Positions 1 to 10,158 of a stretch of 64,000 nucleotides of DNA are shown piece by piece. The stretch is taken from the NCBI GenBank assembly GCA_036630325.1, contig CP142727.1, forward strand, positions 496,001 through 560,000, read 5' to 3'. Positions within the stretch are counted from its first letter, which is position 1; every line of letters begins with the position of its first letter. The DNA is from Vairimorpha necatrix (taxonomy: Eukaryota). The position numbers were made by a program, and so were the translations under genes. A model generated the notes under the pieces. That model saw only the letters and a program-made list of their open reading frames with translations. It was not told the origin of the DNA and did not search any database.

Positions 1-654
1 TTATGTAGGAATGGCAGGAGGCCGAAGAAAATAATAACGGATAATGGGAAGGAATTTGATAATGTTGACTTTAAGGATTTGTGAAGAAAATTGGATATTA
101 CCCATAATAAGGTGAGTGTCGAGTCTCATAGAAGCAATGGTAGAGTTGAAAGAGTTATAGGAACGCTTAGAGAGCTAATATTGAAAATGAGTAAAGAGAC
201 GACGAGTTTTGAAGACATAGTGATGAAAAGCTTTAAAATTTACTATAATAGTTTTCATGAAGGTATAAGAAGTACTCCCAATGAAGCGGTAAAAGACAAT
301 ACGGGAAAAGTGATGATATTAAATGGACCAGAAGGAGACTACAGTAAAAGATTTGTTAGAAGATATAGAGAGCGGTTTATTGAAGGACAACGAGTAAGGA
401 TAGCTAAGAAAGAAAACATCAAAGGATGTAATAAATATGAAAAGGGAAGGTTTTTAGACGAAGGTATTATAATGGTGATATGCCCTGGGGACTCGTAAGT
501 TGTGAAGCTATCTAATGGGCGATATGTTAAAAAGAGACATTATGACTTGAAAAATCTGCTTGGGGTTAATGGTGATGTAGGAGACTAACCGTCTTGGAGG
601 GGGGATGTTATATACTCTTATATTTTTGATCCCCAATTATGATAAATAAATACA
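1..654 (+). mobile_element. 3' part of a mini-LTR Ty3/gypsy-like retroelement (family D): decayed integrase, PPT and candidate 49-bp 3' LTR at 606-654
   Basis: Integrase motifs ITDNGKEF and HRSNGRVERVIGTLR, and C-terminal KKRHYDLK, with in-frame stops. PPT GGAGGGGGGA ends at 605, followed by TGTTATA...CCCCAATTATG...ATACA, which has the same length and CCCCAATTATG core as the family B LTR. The 5' end lies outside the window. Confidence 0.85.
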
Positions 655-1587
655 TTTATTATTATTGATAAGGAAAATCAAAGAGTTAAATGTAGATTCG
701 ATATCAATATAAAAAATTATATATATCATATTGAAATATGATAAAAATGCATCTGAACAAAAAGTAAATGTGTCTTTTTAGTATTTATTAATAGTTAAAA
801 ATTTTTTATCGCCCAATAATAGAAAGTCAATAATAAGCTGTATGATTTTACCCTTTCACAAATATCAGAAAAATTAATATAAAAACGATATTTGTGTCTT
901 TAAAGTTTTTTATTTGAAGTTTAAAGCGGAATATCGCTTTATTTACTTACATTTGTCGATAAAGTATACATTCTTTGAAAAATCGCAACGGTCAATTCCG
1001 GACAATTTCTCATTAGAAAGAATCTTAGAGAGATTTAGAAAAATAATGAAAATGATAAAATCATTTTTTTTAAAAACTTTGATGTTGCAAACAGAAATAT
1101 GCTACTATTCTATAATTTTTAGATATCCTATGCTTCTTCGATGGATTAAATCTTTCAAACCCCCGGCATTGGAGCTTCTCGTATTGTTTTCAAATATTTA
1201 TTCCTATTAGATACGATCAGGGCTTTATATCAAATTATAACATTACCTCCTTCATTTATATTAACTCATCATAAAAAACATTGCAACTTTGGCAGTTATA
1301 TTATTCGACTGCCTTGATTTATATTTACCAATGTTATACAAGTTAAAACTTATAAAAGTATTTTTTAATGAAGCATTTCCCATGAGAAAAATTCGGCGTG
1401 TGCCGTGCAATTCTCAGTTCCTTTATTCGTACTTTCTAAATATATGTCAAAAAAGTTTAATTTTAACAAGATATATGCATTCAAAGTAATTTAACAAGTT
1501 TTACGCCACAATAACCGTTTTGTTGGTTTTTTACAATCTCTACTATTTTACGGCATAAATTTTCCTTTTTTGTTGTTTTGTAAATTA

Positions 1588-2436
1588 GGCTAATTTTCAC
1601 TTTGACACCCCCTACCAATATAAATTAAGAATTTTATATTTTTAGCCCTGTTTTTTCAAAAGTCAAAGTGTCCAGAGCGGAAAGGAACAAAGAAAAATTT
1701 ACATAAGTAAAAAAATGGTCTTATAAATATCTAATTTGAACATAGTTTATAAAAAATTTATTATTTAAACCAATTTAATGTTTTTTCTAAAAAACTATGA
1801 GTTAAATAGAAGTCTTAATTTGTAAAAATATGTTTTAACCTATTGCTTTCTTTTGTCATTACAATTAATTTTTGCCATTGATAAACTTGTTTATACTTCA
1901 GTTTATGTTGTTTAAAACAAATTTTAGGTTTGGTTATTCTTAGTTTGGTAGTTTTTTTTTAATCTTGTTTTTTAGGTTTTCATTGGTTTTTCTAGACAAA
2001 CAGAGAAAAAATAATGTTATATTTATGCTCTTTAAAAAATTATTGAATCGTATATAATGTCAATTTAATAAGATATGTTATATTTTAGCTCCAAAAGTAA
2101 AATATTACATGTTTGGAAAATTCTTTAATTTTTGAAAAATATTCATTTATAACAGCAAATGAAACTTATAAAATATTGTTTATATAGAGATTTTCGTTGT
2201 TATACATTGCAATGTACAATAAAGATAAATCTTGATCAATAAGTGGAAGAAGGAAATTTTTAAAAATTGAAAAAAAAAAAATTGTTTTATTTTTGGTAAA
2301 TATGCTATTTTATTACAACTTTATTTTTTTGACTTTTGCTCCTTCACATTTTTTCCGCTTTGAATTTCGAAAAAAGGGATATTTTTTAAAAATTCTTAAT
2401 TTATATTGGTAAGGGGGGATAAAGTGAAAATGCTCC
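1588..2436. mobile_element. degenerate Merlin-like MITE
   Basis: Imperfect terminal inverted repeats (TTTTCACTTT..CCCCCTACCAATATAAATTAAGAATTTT and its reverse complement near 2390-2430). The GGCTAA/GGAGCA termini resemble those of the MITE at 39064-39895. No clear TSD. Confidence 0.6.
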
Positions 2437-2676
2437 TTTATAATTTCGAAATATAACACTACTTCTTATTCCTAAAATTTTTTATTTTAGCCCATAATGA
2501 ATGCAAGGGGACAAACACAAATAAAATTATTAATTACGCCAATCATAAAAGCCTGCTAGGGACAGACGGCAAAACACCTTGTTCTTTAGAATTTTACTTC
2601 AGTACAAGACGTATCCTTCGCGGCACTCCAGCTCTCAAATTACTTGCATCTTTTTACATTAAAAATACTAAATAAT

Positions 2677-3286
2677 GGAACATGATTGTTTGGAACCCGC
2701 ATTGGTAATATGAACCACGCCTATAAAATTTTAAAGGATCCCTTTCAAAAAATGGTAAAATTGGCAAAAATAATGTTTGCTGAGGCAGATTGGCTTTTTA
2801 GTTATAAAATGTATTCATACATGGAATACAAAGAAAAGTTTATTTTGGAAACATTTGATGCTGAATCGGCCTGCGTCTTGCTCGTTTCTGTAACTAGTAG
2901 AAATACTGCTCTTTCCTTGAGGTAATACAAGATAATGTATAACCTGTTTCTATTATGATCTCTAATCAATAGTAGCATATGAGGCCACATTAGACAAGCA
3001 AAGGGACGGAGCACAGTATTAAAAAACTCCATCAATGCTGCAATCCCAGCGATTCTGAGACACAATATTAAATAATTTAGATGGTTTTGGCTCATTTCTA
3101 AAAGAAATATTCGATCTATACATGGAGTAAACCAAGACGAACATTATGAGCAACTTTTACAGTTCCTCAGGGCTCACCAAATCCCACAAAATCAACGGAT
3201 AAATCGTTAAGTCTCTTGTTTTTATAATTTTTTTATTTTTCCCTTTTTTTGAATTTTTCAAAGCGGGTTCCAAACGGTCAAGTACC
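2677..3286 (+). mobile_element. Merlin deletion derivative (same family as 57351-58000, opposite orientation)
   Basis: TIRs GG.ACATGA..GTTTGGAACCCGC / GCGGGTTCCAAACGGTCAAGTACC and a degenerate 8-bp TSD (TAAATAAT/CAAATAAG). The interior is homologous to 57351-58000 and carries a decayed transposase-like segment. Confidence 0.8.
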
Positions 3287-3510
3287 CAAATAAGTATGTA
3301 TTCGTAGATAATTTAAATTTCAAAAAAAACATTTTCAATTAAATTATATAGTTCTATTTAATTTAGGAAGTTTTTTTTAATACATTTTTATAAAAAAAAA
3401 ACATGTCTATATTATAGAATATTTATTCAATATCTCTATGTCAAATTAGAATAATCTTTTTTAGCTATTGGTTTATTATGAAGGTAGATTTATGGAGAAA
3501 TCATACTTGA

Positions 3511-6500
3511 TGTTAACCATTTATTTATTAAGGGTTCTAAACCCTACATCCCCCCTCCAGACGGGTAGTCTCTCCATCTTCTAAACAACTCTTCCTTATC
3601 TCTTTCAAATCATAATGCCTCTTTTTAACAATTTTACCATCCAGTAGTCTCACAATATATGAATCATTTTCACTTATAGCTACGATCCTTCCACGACCCG
3701 TGAATCTTCCCTTGTCTGTTTTCGCACGTGTACCTAAATTTTCTCTCCTAGCGATTCTTACCTCTTGGCCTACTGTAAATGTCTCTCTGTGTCTTCTCTT
3801 GAACCGACCAGCATATTTTCCATTTTCATCATTTTCAATTATAACTTCAGCAGTTTGATCTCTCCACGCTTCCATCGGCGTACATTTTATTGCTGTATGT
3901 AGTGTATTATTATATCCTTTGATTGCTCTTTTTATCTTTTCAGAAATATTCCCATCATTTTGCTTTATCAATGTCTCTCTTATAGTTCTGATGCATCTCT
4001 CGATTCTACCATTACTCCTATGAGCTTCTAAGCCCACTTTCCTATGTTTAATATCATTAATACTACACCATTCTTTAAATCTATTACTTACAAACTCTTT
4101 TCCGTTGTCTGTCACATATTCCTCTGGAAATCCATCTTCCCTTATCCACTTTTGTAATACCTCTATAACTTCACTACTCTCTTTACATCTCAAATTCGAA
4201 CCCCACAACCTTCTAGTAAAGTAATCAATACCCAGTAACACATACCTATTCTCTCCACCTATGTCCATTAAATCCAACGCCACTTTCTCCAATTTCTTTC
4301 TAGTTACTACGAAATCACATCCTCCTGTGTTTTTCCTATTGTTAATCCCACATATTTCACAATTCTTAATTACCTTATTAATATGATCTTTCATACCAGG
4401 CCAATACCATCTTTGTTTAATGTTATAATAAGTGCCTTTGACCTCTATGGTTTAACTCCTCATGTACTCTTGTTATTTCATGTTCTCTACTATCTAGGCT
4501 CAATATCTCTTTCACCTCACCTGTGGAAAATTCCCAATACTGTTTACCGTCCTTTTCTTTAATATGTTTCTGCTTTTTTCCCAAAATTTGTTTTTCGATC
4601 ACTTCTTTTCTCTTGTTGTCCTTTTCTTTTTGTTCATCCGAAACTTCTACCTGATCATACTGCCTGCTTAACGCATCTGCATCTGTCATCAACTCCCCTT
4701 TCACATACTCTATTGTAAAGTCAAACTCTTGTATCTGTTCTACCCATCTGTTTATTCTGTTATTATTGAAGTATGGCTTATTTCTGATCTCTGCTAATGC
4801 TTTATGATCCGTAATCAAATGAAATTTCCTTCCTCTCAAATCACTTTCAAACTTCTTTATTCCAAAAAACACCGCCAACATCTCCTTCTCACTTATCGTA
4901 TATCTTCGCTCGGTAGGAGTCAACATTTTCGATGCCCATTGTATCGGAATCCACTCACCCTCTTTATTTTCTTGTAATAGAATTGCTCCGATCCCCGTAT
5001 CACACGCATCAGTTCTTACTCTAAATAGCTTTTTTCCGTCCGGAATCTTCAACTTTTTCATATCTCTCAAGCCTTGCTTCATATCCTCAAAAGCTCTTTC
5101 CATATCCTCCGTCCAATTCCACTTAACATCTTTCTTTAAAGCCTCAGTAAGCCTTACTGTTCTATACGCATAGTTGGGAATAAAGTCTCTAAACCAACCA
5201 GTTAGTCCTAAAAATCTTCTTAACTCTCTAACATTCTCAGGTTTTCTATATTCCAATGTCTCCTGCTTTTTAATCTCATTCGGTCCCATGACCTCCCCAT
5301 TAATTGTTACTCCCAGCAACATCACCTCATCTTTTTTGTATTGTATCTTTGTTTGGTTTATTCTCAACCCACACTCTTTAAACTTTTTAATTACCCTCTC
5401 TAGTAACTCGTCATGCACTCTTACGTCTTTACCATGAATAACTATATCATCCATATATACTTCCACGCCTTTACCTCTGAATTCATCTAAAACTCTGTTC
5501 ATTACTCTCTGCATTATATGAGGCGAATTCTTAACCCCCATAACCATACTATTCCATTCGTATACTCGACCATTCACTTCAAATGCTGTTTTGTGCTTAT
5601 GGTGCTCCTCAATCTCAATATGATAAAACCCTTCTTTTAAGTCGATAACCGTAAATACTTTTGACCCCTGTGTGGCTCTCATAATATCCTTAATTAACGG
5701 TAGTGAGTACGGGTCCTTGTCAACCAAATCGTTTAACGCCATCAAATTGCTTACCAATCTTACGTCCCCATTTGGTTTTTCAAGTGCTCTTATTGGACTC
5801 CTCCACTCACTTTTGGAACGTCTTATAACCCCTCTATTTTCCAACTTATTCAAGTACTCCTCAAATTTCACCCTAAGGTAGTATGGCACATTCTGCCCTC
5901 TTTTCACAACCTTTTCACCTTGCTTAGTATTTATTGGACACTTCTCTCCTGTGAGATATTTTATCTTTTCTTCTGATTCTTTAAAAACTTCCGGATACTT
6001 TTCAATTAAATTTTCTAACTTATTTACTGTTTTACATCTTTTCCCTTCATTGTTGATAATTGGTTCTTTCTGTAAAACTTGTTCCTTTTTAATTTTATAT
6101 TTTTCCCTACCAGCTACACTTTCATGACATTCTCTAGCGTAATGCCCTTCTTTCTTACATATAAAACATTTTGTAGTTTCTCTGATTTCTCTTCTTTTCC
6201 TATACATCCTAAGATTTTCTTTTCTTTCTTTCCTAAACTCTTTCAACACTTTATCCATAATCTCTTTAATCATTTCTTGTCTTTCTTCTGACTCTCTCTC
6301 AAATTCTGCTCCTTTTTGTAAGCCTTTATAAATTTCCTCCCAACTGCTCCTTCCGTCACAAAAATTTTCAAAAATATAATCCTGCAAGTTCGCAGATGCC
6401 AAATCCATAACATCTTTCCACTCAACTTTCAATATTAACTTTAGTCTCTTATCTATCCTAATTGCCTCTTTCTCTAATGTTCTAGCCTCTTGACTACGGG

Positions 6501-6574
6501 ACTCTCTTGTTTCCCTGTTCATCCTTGTGTTCGCCATGTTAACCATTTATTTATTAAGGGTTCTAAACCCTACA
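3511..6574 (-). mobile_element. mini-LTR Ty3/gypsy-like retroelement, family A copy 1 (3064 bp)
   Basis: Identical 38-bp TG..CA direct repeats at 3511-3548 and 6537-6574, 5-bp TSD CTTGA, PPT next to the 3' LTR, candidate PBS TGGCGAAC next to the 5' LTR. Confidence 0.97.
3537..6546 (-). pseudogene. frameshifted Gag(CCHC)-RT-RNaseH-integrase polyprotein of family A copy 1
   Basis: ORFs 4423-6546 and 3537-4394 match the intact 1006-aa ORF at 21431-24451, apart from a 2-bp deletion near 4441, a 9-bp in-frame deletion (KVE) and a few substitutions. Confidence 0.92.
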
Positions 6575-6840
6575 CTTGATAATAAATCAACAATTGAAAA
6601 AAAAAATTAAAAATTCGGAAGGGTAAAAAATACATAATAATAAAAATAAATGTAATTAATGAGTTTAAAATCAATTTTTGTATGTAAATATTTTTTTTTG
6701 TTTTTTATGATGTTATAAGTGCTTAATAATTTTCGTTTCTTTCTGCTCTTCCTTTTTGCACTTGAGGTTTGGGACTCAAAAAAATAAGGAAAAACACTTA
6801 AAGGGTGGGTAGTGTGGTACTTACCTCCTATTATTATATA

Positions 6841-9585
6841 TGTTGCAGTCAAAGTGTACATTCCAGGCAATGTATACATTACCTAGTGAATGTATACATT
6901 CACTAAGATTTGTAGTTAAAGTATTCATTGTAACTGAAATGAACACATTACCTAGTGAATGTATACATTCACGAGCTCCCTCTTGTCAAAGTGTTGTATG
7001 TTAAATCCGTAGGTTAAATCGTTAAATTTGCTAGGAACCCTTAAACCTAACCTCTTTATTCGTGATGCACTGTGTGCTGTTGAATGTTGCTCTATCTGTG
7101 CAGTTTGAGAGAGTACACACTGGCTGATTGTTGGATGGTAAGTGAGTTATTTAAATTATATGTGTCCATAGAAATTAATAATTTTTAATTATTTTACCCT
7201 AAAAATAAAATGGATAAACAACCAATGAAAGATAAATTCTACCAGCACATTAACAATACTCCACAAAAAGCTAACGGCTTTCGTATGAATACGGAAAGAT
7301 ATGCTCAACTAATAAGTGATGTTAAATCCGCTAAATCAGCTCAGAAAAAAGAAAATCGTCACTTCTGGTTACTAAAACATTATGATACAGTGTATGTGAG
7401 TAATGTGGAAAAACTAATTGCACCAATAGCAGATGAAAAAGTGCTGTATTATGTTACTGTTGAAGAATTGTTTGAAGTTTTATATGAAACTCATTTATCA
7501 ATTGGACATGGAGGACGAGACAGAATGAAAAAGGAGCTTAACCTTCGCTTTAAAAATATAACAGCACAAGATATTCAAATATTTTTAAATAATTGTGAAG
7601 TGTGCCTTAAAAAAAGGGCGAATGAAAAGAAAGGCTTGGTGGTTAAGCCAATGGTGTTTTCTCACTTTAATTCAAGATGTCAAGTAGATTTAATTGACTT
7701 CCAATCACAACCAGATGATTATTATAAATTTATATTGGTGTACCAGGACCACTTAACAAAGTTTGTCATTCTAAGACCCCTAAAGAATAAGACAGCATAT
7801 GAAGTTGCTGATCAACTCCTTCAAATTTTTTTACTATTTGGGGCACCATCTATTTTGCAATCGGACAATGGCAGAGAATTTGTCAACCACGTCATTGATG
7901 ATTTCAAAGGTCTATGGCCTGAATTAAAAATTGTGCATGGAAAGCCCCGCCACAGCCAGTCTCAAGGCAGTGTGGAGCGTGCAAATCAAGATATTGAGAA
8001 TATTTTAACCGCATGGATGCAACAGAATCAAACTAGTAATTGGAGTAGAGGACTGGGTTATGTGCAGTTTATGAAAAATCGAGCCCTTCACGCTGGTATA
8101 AAGCGAAGTCCTTACGAGGCAATGTTTGGACAACCCGCCAAGGTCGGCCTTACCTCTTCTTCCCTACCACACGAGGCATTAAGCAGTATAAACAGTGAAG
8201 AAGATTTGGAAAATATTCTTAAAAATATCAATTGTAATGAAGAAAGTATCCAGGAGATTACTCAAGTAGAAGTTAATGAAGAAGAGGATCTAGATCTAGA
8301 ATCAGATAATCTTCGAGAAGGCGTCAGTGAATGGCTAATGAATGACAAGAAACAGTGTAGTTCATCACATGACAATGAGAACCGAAAATGTGATGGATGT
8401 GACATTTTACTCAATTCGGAATGCAATAAAATGTGCAATATTTGTAAGTTGCAATCACGCATCAATTATGTTCGAGCAGAAGCAAAAGAAAACTTGAACA
8501 AGCAAGCTAAGCGCATGAAACAAATTTCTGATGCTTCGCATACTCCGGCGGAGGTTGGAATGACAGTTAGAATTAAGGTACCGGAAGTTGATAGAGGACG
8601 GGGAGATTCACGTGCAGTACTAGGATGTTTATTAACAAAAACTGATGATGATTACTATCAAATCGGAACACGTAATGGTATTTTAAAAGGATTATATTCT
8701 AGATCTCAATTTAGCGTGTGTCCTGAAAGTATATTAACGCCAAATGATATTGAAAACAATGCAATTGAATTGCCATTACGTACTATAGCTACCAAACAGT
8801 CGATAGGTAGCGGACAGGGATTTTCCAAATGCCAATGCAAAACAAAATGCGCAACAAAAAGATGTGCATGCTTTAAAGCAAATAAATTATGCAACTCCAA
8901 ATGTCATGGAAGGTTAAATTGTGGAAATAAATAACATTTTTTACTAATTTTACTTATGTTTATGTTTCAAATTATTCTTTCTTTTATATTGTATTTTTTT
9001 GCTTTATATTTATATCTTTTCTAATTTTATGTTTTGTCGCTTTAGTGCAATCATCATAGAGTCAATTATTAATTCATTTTTTCGATATATTTTATTTAAT
9101 ATTATAACCTATTTATGTTGTTCTAACTTTTGTTCTAATTATTATGTGTTTCAATTTAAAACTAAAATTTTTATTTAATATAACCTAGTTTTTACTGTTA
9201 AAACTCTATCATTGTGTGTGTTCTAATTTCAATTTCCCAATTCAACATTTATGTTTTAACCTGAATCTAGAACGGCGATCATAGTCTTGTGCCTGTAAAA
9301 AACTTGTTCCAACTTAATTTTATTTTAAAATTCATCAATTATCGCTTGACTGCAGTTGGTTAGTAACCCTGCTTACATTGTCTAGATAATACATGCATTC
9401 ACTAGTTAAAATGTTCATTTTAATAGTGAGTAAACACTTTGACTAGAGGGAGCTCGTGAATGTATACATTCACTAGGTATGTGTTCATTTCAGTTACAAT
9501 GAATACTTTAACTACAAATCTTAGTGAAGAATACAATCACTAGGTAATGTATACATTGCCTGGAATGTACACTTTGACTGTAACA
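6841..9585 (+). mobile_element. Ginger-type DNA transposon (retroviral-like integrase, long TIRs)
   Basis: ~155-bp near-perfect TIRs with TGT..ACA ends, internal GTGAATGTATACATTCAC palindromes and a 4-bp TATA TSD, enclosing one intact integrase ORF with no RT. Confidence 0.88.
7210..8934 (+). CDS. integrase-type DDE transposase (KRBA2/SCAND3-like Ginger family) with C-terminal Cys-rich domain
   Basis: 574 aa. HHCC zinc finger (H..GHGGRD...CEVC), catalytic core QVDLID / QSDNGREF / QGSVERAN, and C-terminal CQCKTKCATKRCACFK...CNSKCH. Confidence 0.9.
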   Translation: MDKQPMKDKFYQHINNTPQKANGFRMNTERYAQLISDVKSAKSAQKKENRHFWLLKHYDTVYVSNVEKLIAPIADEKVLYYVTVEELFEVLYETHLSIGHGGRDRMKKELNLRFKNITAQDIQIFLNNCEVCLKKRANEKKGLVVKPMVFSHFNSRCQVDLIDFQSQPDDYYKFILVYQDHLTKFVILRPLKNKTAYEVADQLLQIFLLFGAPSILQSDNGREFVNHVIDDFKGLWPELKIVHGKPRHSQSQGSVERANQDIENILTAWMQQNQTSNWSRGLGYVQFMKNRALHAGIKRSPYEAMFGQPAKVGLTSSSLPHEALSSINSEEDLENILKNINCNEESIQEITQVEVNEEEDLDLESDNLREGVSEWLMNDKKQCSSSHDNENRKCDGCDILLNSECNKMCNICKLQSRINYVRAEAKENLNKQAKRMKQISDASHTPAEVGMTVRIKVPEVDRGRGDSRAVLGCLLTKTDDDYYQIGTRNGILKGLYSRSQFSVCPESILTPNDIENNAIELPLRTIATKQSIGSGQGFSKCQCKTKCATKRCACFKANKLCNSKCHGRLNCGNK

Positions 9586-9861
9586 TATATATCTATAAAA
9601 TGTCAAAAAGTATAATTCGGGATCAAGTAAATGTTCGCATGTTATACAATTTAAAAAAAAAACATCGGGTTGTTCTTTTTTGTTAATATTTTTTTTTCCA
9701 TTAACCATAATTAGTAAATTAATATTTGTACAATATAATGTATTTGCACAAAACTTACAATATGTTTCAAAATAAAAAAATTTAATTTGATCAAGAAAAA
9801 AAATTATGATGTGTATGTTTTTATCAAGTATAAAAGTTTTCTAAATTATCAGACCCCCTTT

Positions 9862-10158
9862 ATGCCAGACATTGAGAATAATAATGAAACATCTTCATTT
9901 ATAACTAGAAGAAACAACTCTAAAAATAAAGGTATAAGTAGAAGTTATGCAATAGTAGCAATTTTTATGATTATGTACGTTTCTATTCTTGCTACTTTGT
10001 TTATTGGTGTATTGTGCATTCGTCATAAAAAAAGTATTATTGATTTTATAGCGAAGATTTTTGAATTTTTATATAAATTGATCATGAGCCATTTTGGCAA
10101 TTCAAATAATAATGTTTTTCCTTCTTCCACAAACGAAACTACACCAATCAATGAGTAA
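9862..10158 (+). CDS. small single-pass membrane protein, lineage-specific family (paralog of 20141-20596)
   Basis: ATG preceded by CCCCCTTT, one hydrophobic span, and a C-terminal NETTPINE similar to NETTINDF in the paralog. Confidence 0.65.
   Translation: MPDIENNNETSSFITRRNNSKNKGISRSYAIVAIFMIMYVSILATLFIGVLCIRHKKSIIDFIAKIFEFLYKLIMSHFGNSNNNVFPSSTNETTPINE

Larger units (their letters stand above)
2632..6828. mobile_element. old fragmented copy of the 39064-39895 MITE family, hosting two later insertions
   Basis: Segments 2632-2676, 3287-3510 and 6580-6828 match, in order, the interior and right TIR of the MITE at 39064-39895 (CTCAAATTACTTGCATCTTT; TTTATTAT.AA.GTAGATTT; ATAATAAA.CAACAATT; end ...TACCTCC). 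The left boundary is uncertain. Confidence 0.6.

Noticed and set aside
5174-6291. Short antisense ORFs repeated in the retroelement copies (also 13779-16685, 22326-24187, 40670-43654)
   Set aside because: They are shadows of the purine-rich polyprotein strand and recur only because the copies are near-identical.
7135-7171. ATG-GTAAGT...TAG as a microsporidian-type short intron upstream of the Ginger ORF
   Set aside because: Splicing would not put that ATG in frame with the ORF at 7210, and there is no transcript evidence.
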